From Methylophilus sp. (GTDB lineage Bacteria > Pseudomonadota > Gammaproteobacteria > Burkholderiales > Methylophilaceae): a DNA stretch of 64,000 nucleotides. The number at the start of each line of letters is the position of its first letter. Positions within the stretch are counted from its first letter, which is position 1. The position numbers and the translations under genes were made by a program. Positions 59,891 to 64,000 of this stretch are shown here, piece by piece. The notes beneath the pieces were generated by a model. The model ran no database searches, was not told the origin of the DNA, and saw only the letters and a list, made by a program, of their open reading frames with translations. The stretch lies in contig JALDYP010000004.1 in assembly GCA_032153875.1 (NCBI GenBank), positions 2,775 through 66,774 of the forward strand, written 5' to 3'.

Positions 59891-61148
59891 GTGAATCTCC
59901 TTCAGATGATGATTCATGTTGATGACCTGAATGGTTACCTTGAGCTGGTATTGCTGATTCACTTGCTTCACCATGATGATGTCCGGCATGGTTATGGCCG
60001 CCAGATGCAGGTAAAGATAGAACACCAATGCCATGCCGATAGACCACTTCACCACCCAGCCATGCCGTTGTCGCTACAGACAGGGATAAACCAGCCAGGC
60101 AAACTAATACAGGAATGGACATCGGGCTATCCTGACGCGATTTCAACGAGTGCCAGATTGCAACGAGCACCAATCCAGAAGCAGTAGGGATTGCCCAGGC
60201 TCGATGCAACAACATGGCAGCATGGCCGGCATCATCGTGATTCATAGGTGAGTTGAATGCCAGCCAACCAAAACCAACGGCAGCCACAGCACTGACAGCG
60301 GCTAGTATTAATATGTAAGATCCTGCAGCGGCTAATGAAGTCGATGATGCAGATTGCCGGAACAAGCGAGCAGCTAGACCGAAAATGAAGGCCACTATCG
60401 TCAACGCAATTGGAAAATGGACGACTGCCGGATGCAAATTAGGAATAATTTGGAAACCGGTGTGTTCTGAGGGCGCTTCTGGTTTAACAGCTTCTGAAGA
60501 CTCATGGATATGGCTTGAGTGACCTTCTTCCGTAAGCTCACCCTCAGCATTTCCATGCTCATGGGTCATTGATACAGCTTCTTCACTCTCACTTCCTGAA
60601 TGATTCATATTTTGCATGGCCTGATGATCCATACCAGCATGGTTCATCATTGCATGGTCGTGAGTGTGTGCCGACATTTCAGATGAGGATGATTTGTGAA
60701 CCATGTTTGCCATGCTGTGGCCCATATCTTCAGCCTGACTATTCATGTCATGCATTTTGCTATGGTCCATCCCCGGTATGCTGTTATGGTCCATGCCTTT
60801 CATATTGCCATGATCCATGGGGGGCATCTGCGACTCTGAGTCATGTGAAGCATGCGTATCGCCATGAGACATACTATGTCCCATCGCTTCATGATTCATT
60901 GGTTGATCCGAGGAGTGCTGCATCCCCGGCATTTGATGTCCTTGGTCTGCAATCGAAGAATCTAGCGATTTCCAATCTGTTTGATTGTCACTATTTGTCG
61001 CCTTGTAATCTTCAAATGTGGACTGATATGGCGCGGAGCTTTCTTCCGCAAATGATGCGCCAATACCCAATGCTAATGCCATCGCAAGACACAATAAATA
61101 TTGATAGAGAGAGGCAAGCCAGGCTCTCTTTAGGGTAGGAAATTTCAT
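59880..61148 (-). CDS. His/Met-rich protein with a DUF2231-like membrane domain
   Basis: Signal peptide, long MDH-repeat region, HPAVVHFPIAL..GG.VVY.HGIG. Confidence 0.78.
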   Translation of the reverse strand: MKFPTLKRAWLASLYQYLLCLAMALALGIGASFAEESSAPYQSTFEDYKATNSDNQTDWKSLDSSIADQGHQMPGMQHSSDQPMNHEAMGHSMSHGDTHASHDSESQMPPMDHGNMKGMDHNSIPGMDHSKMHDMNSQAEDMGHSMANMVHKSSSSEMSAHTHDHAMMNHAGMDHQAMQNMNHSGSESEEAVSMTHEHGNAEGELTEEGHSSHIHESSEAVKPEAPSEHTGFQIIPNLHPAVVHFPIALTIVAFIFGLAARLFRQSASSTSLAAAGSYILILAAVSAVAAVGFGWLAFNSPMNHDDAGHAAMLLHRAWAIPTASGLVLVAIWHSLKSRQDSPMSIPVLVCLAGLSLSVATTAWLGGEVVYRHGIGVLSLPASGGHNHAGHHHGEASESAIPAQGNHSGHQHESSSEGDSHEH

Positions 61149-61268
61149 ATAAACCTCTCATTTAGAGTTCCCAACATTTATTGGGAACGCATTCTTTTGC
61201 CTGCCCAGAGCATGCAAAAGCATAAGTGTGCTGGCTAAAGACCTGAACGGGCTTTAGCCAGTAACATA

Positions 61269-61649
61269 CTAAACGAGGAGAAAGCGCGGGGGTCGCTCAG
61301 GCCCGGAGGATATATGGCTAGTGAAATCTGGAACGATAAAACCGATTGCCGTACCTGCAACAATCAAATGATGCTTCAGGTCGTCACCCGACGCTGCAAA
61401 GGCGAAACCTGAACAGCAGACTGAACATTTGGAACAATGATTACAAGCGTGCTTGGTATCATCTTGATGTTTGTGAGCATGACTATCCACAGCACCCTCG
61501 TGGTGTTCATGGCTATGACCACTTACACTTTCATGGTTGTGCTGGCTTTGTGGCTTCTCACAATTCATCATGCTGACCGATGCAAATCCCTGCACCGGTA
61601 GAATGATTGCGATGAGCCAAATAGCGAAGATCTGGATGAGCTTTCTCAC
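61269..61649 (-). CDS. CopL-like small exported Cys/His-rich protein
   Basis: LP.QG.A signal, His tract, CNHCSKCSVCC, C-terminal PERPPR. Confidence 0.7.
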   Translation of the reverse strand: MRKLIQIFAIWLIAIILPVQGFASVSMMNCEKPQSQHNHESVSGHSHEHHEGAVDSHAHKHQDDTKHACNHCSKCSVCCSGFAFAASGDDLKHHLIVAGTAIGFIVPDFTSHISSGPERPPRFLLV

Positions 61650-61720
61650 GATGGGATTATGATAACCCTAAATTAAAAATGATTCAGTGCTAAACTGAAA
61701 TTTTTCTTTTATGAATTACC

Positions 61721-62125
61721 CTATGTTTGATTAAGCGCAAGTTGCTCTAGAATGGGGCACTCTGGGCGATCATCCCCATGACAGCAATGCACAAGCTTTT
61801 GTAGCTCCGACTTAATCGACATCAGGCTTTGAATCTTCTGGTTTAAGGCCTCAACATGGGAATTAGCCAACTCCCTCACTTTGCTGCTTGGCCGATGTGG
61901 GTCTTGCCATAAGCTTAATAATTCCTCAATTTGCTTGATAGAAAAGCCTAAATCGCGGGAGTGTCTGATAAAGCTCAGCGTATGGATGTCTTTTTCAGAA
62001 TATTGACGATATCCCGCAAAAGTTCTTGAAGCGGCAGGCAGTAAACCAACGCTTTCATAATGCCGAATCATTTTGGTCGAGATACCTGACGCTTTCGCAG
62101 CTTGCCCAATATTAAATAAACTCAT
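61721..62125 (-). CDS. cueR: Cu(I)-responsive MerR regulator
   Basis: IG.AAK.SG.S.KMIRHYE and CHGDDRPECPIL. Confidence 0.92.
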   Translation of the reverse strand: MSLFNIGQAAKASGISTKMIRHYESVGLLPAASRTFAGYRQYSEKDIHTLSFIRHSRDLGFSIKQIEELLSLWQDPHRPSSKVRELANSHVEALNQKIQSLMSIKSELQKLVHCCHGDDRPECPILEQLALNQT

Positions 62126-62186
62126 CGTTCATGCCCAAGTGATAGGTAAAAAGGCCTGCTGATATTGCTCAGCAGGCAGATAGAAA

Positions 62187-62384
62187 TTACTTAGTTGCAG
62201 GTGGAAAACCAGCATCTATAAGCGCTGAAACGATCTCGTCTTTTGTAACGCTGGTTTCAACTTTGACCGTCCTGGTTGGAGGATCGGTAGTAATGCTCGC
62301 TTCTGGGTCTATGGCTTTAATGGCACTTGTCACACCTCTTGCACATCCACCGCAGGTCATATTTTCAATATGAAATTCCATCAT
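62187..62384 (-). CDS. Copper chaperone CopZ/GolB-like HMA protein
   Basis: MTCGGC and AGF motifs; AAGGAG SD before the ATG at 62384/62381. Confidence 0.88.
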   Translation of the reverse strand: MMEFHIENMTCGGCARGVTSAIKAIDPEASITTDPPTRTVKVETSVTKDEIVSALIDAGFPPATK

Positions 62385-62416
62385 TAACTCCTTAATCAGT
62401 AATGGGTAGTGATATA

Positions 62417-62447
62417 AGCTTAAAGGTTCCAACAATGGCAAGGTCAA
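62417..62447 (-). promoter_or_regulatory. CueR/GolS-type promoter of the chaperone gene
   Basis: TTGACC-19bp-TAAGCT, with ACCTTGC...GGAACCT resembling the cue-box dyad in the spacer. Confidence 0.8.
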
Positions 62448-62457
62448 GCATTATTAC

Positions 62458-64000
62458 TCACAGATTTTTGGGACTGTTGTATTCCACTAGAGGTGGTTTG
62501 AATGTCCTTAAGCGCAAGGCATTCCCTAAAACGAACACGCTGGATAAAGCCATTGCTCCGGCAGCAAATACTGGTGAAAGTAATATGCCCCAAGCAGGAT
62601 AAAGTGCACCAGCCGCTACCGGAATCAAAGCCGTGTTATAGGCAAATGCCCAGAACAGGTTTTGATGAATATTCCCTATCGTTGTTCTAGATAAAGCAAT
62701 CGCATTCGGTACCCCTTGCAGATTGCCGGACATTAAGACTACATCTGCTGATTCTACAGCGATATCTGTACCAGTCCCGATTGCCAAGCCCACATCTGCT
62801 TCTGCCAGAGCGGGGGCATCATTAATGCCATCCCCCACAAAAGCAATCTGCCCGTAAGCAGCTTTCAAGCGACGTACAGTGTCAACTTTCCCCTCAGGCA
62901 TAACCTCAGCAATAACTTCATCAATGCCAAGCTGGCGGGCGATTGCATGTGCGGTCTTGGCATTGTCACCAGTAATCATAGCCACTTTGAGACCTAACTG
63001 ATGTAGTGCGGCGATTGCACCCGGTGTCGAAGTTTTTATAGGGTCATCGACGGCGATAATGCCCGCCAAGCGACCATTAATTGATGCGTATAAAGGTGAT
63101 TTGCCCTCTTTACCCAATCGCCCAGCAGTTTGCGCAAAGACGTTCAAATCTAACCCCAGTTGGCGCATGAATCGATCCGCTCCTACTTCAACGAGAGCAC
63201 CTCCAACACGGGCTCTTACGCCCATACCTGTCACAGACTCAAAGTCTGTTAACGCCGGTAGAGTCTGCCCATTTTCAGTGGCAGCGGCCACAATAGCGCG
63301 TGCAATTGGATGCTCAGATTTAGCTTCAACCGCCCCGACTTTTGCAAGAAGACTATTACGCTCGAAACCCTCCGCTACTTCGATGTCGGTAAGTACTGGC
63401 CGTCCTTCTGTGAGCGTACCCGTCTTGTCCACCGCGACAACTTTGGCATCCTTGAGTAATTGTAATGCCTCACCTTTTCTGAATAAGATGCCCAGTTCGG
63501 CTCCTCGCCCAGTTCCAACCATAATTGAAGTCGGCGTGGCCAGGCCCATGGCACACGGGCATGCAATGATCAATACTGAAACTGCATTCACCAGTGCAAA
63601 GGTCAACGCAGGGGATGGACCAAAAATCATCCAACTGATAAATGTGAGCAATGCCGCACCCATGACAGCAGGTACAAACCACATAGTCACTTTATCGACG
63701 AGCGCCTGTATGGGTAGCTTGGAGCCTTGTGCCTGCTCTACCATGCGTATGATTTGAGACAGCATGGTTTGATTACCAACGGCTGTCGCACGCATCTCTA
63801 AAATCCCTTTCTGATTAACAGTGCCGCCGACTACAGAACTGCCCAGGGTTTTCTCAACAGGAATGGGTTCACCAGTGATCATCGATTCATCAACGAAACT
63901 TTTACCATTGGTGACTTCACCGTCTAACGGCACTCTCTCACCAGGTCGCACTTCGAGTACATCATTGAGCACCACTTCATTGATAGGGACATCCAAAAAG
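62458..64000 (-). CDS. copA: Cu(I) P1B-type ATPase (5' part outside the window)
   Basis: [26 protein letters not shown] and MALSS motifs. Confidence 0.93.
   Translation of the reverse strand, partial: FLDVPINEVVLNDVLEVRPGERVPLDGEVTNGKSFVDESMITGEPIPVEKTLGSSVVGGTVNQKGILEMRATAVGNQTMLSQIIRMVEQAQGSKLPIQALVDKVTMWFVPAVMGAALLTFISWMIFGPSPALTFALVNAVSVLIIACPCAMGLATPTSIMVGTGRGAELGILFRKGEALQLLKDAKVVAVDKTGTLTEGRPVLTDIEVAEGFERNSLLAKVGAVEAKSEHPIARAIVAAATENGQTLPALTDFESVTGMGVRARVGGALVEVGADRFMRQLGLDLNVFAQTAGRLGKEGKSPLYASINGRLAGIIAVDDPIKTSTPGAIAALHQLGLKVAMITGDNAKTAHAIARQLGIDEVIAEVMPEGKVDTVRRLKAAYGQIAFVGDGINDAPALAEADVGLAIGTGTDIAVESADVVLMSGNLQGVPNAIALSRTTIGNIHQNLFWAFAYNTALIPVAAGALYPAWGILLSPVFAAGAMALSSVFVLGNALRLRTFKPPLVEYNSPKNL

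Larger units (their letters stand above)
22601..64000 (-). mobile_element. Tn7-family transposon (left end at 22601; right end not seen in window)
   Basis: TG terminus with TnsB sites, a full tnsABCDE set, and a shift to more AT-rich accessory genes. The extent beyond about 38 kb is inferred from the absence of a matching right end. Confidence 0.72.

Overview
Betaproteobacterial chromosome (my impression is Methylophilaceae-like, unverified). 1-22.6 kb is core genome: mpl, thiE/thiD, tRNA-Gly, a two-partner secretion pair with a CdrA-like adhesin, priA, argS-SPOR-dsbA, a K+ channel, an SDR, ettA, ibpA and an EAL-HDOD gene. A Tn7-family transposon end starts at 22601 (three TnsB sites plus an IHF site) and appears to have split a host terminator. 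It is followed by tnsE-D-C-B-A on the minus strand. I found no right end before the window edge, so the rest is probably cargo. The cargo holds: (i) a Bub-like bacterial ubiquitination operon (Ubl-E2 fusion, JAB, E1, small TM protein) that runs directly into tnsABCDE and shares mirror-image promoter motifs with a divergent ECF-like sigma factor; (ii) an operon I cannot assign to a known system: MerR, unknown protein, HExxH peptidase-like protein, divergent dCTP deaminase; (iii) an HU with a Gly-rich tail plus a membrane protein; (iv) about 26 kb of Zn/Cd/Cu/Ag resistance genes, including an MCR-1-like phosphoethanolamine transferase and an orphan flgB. All assignments come from reading motifs by eye; no database searches were run.
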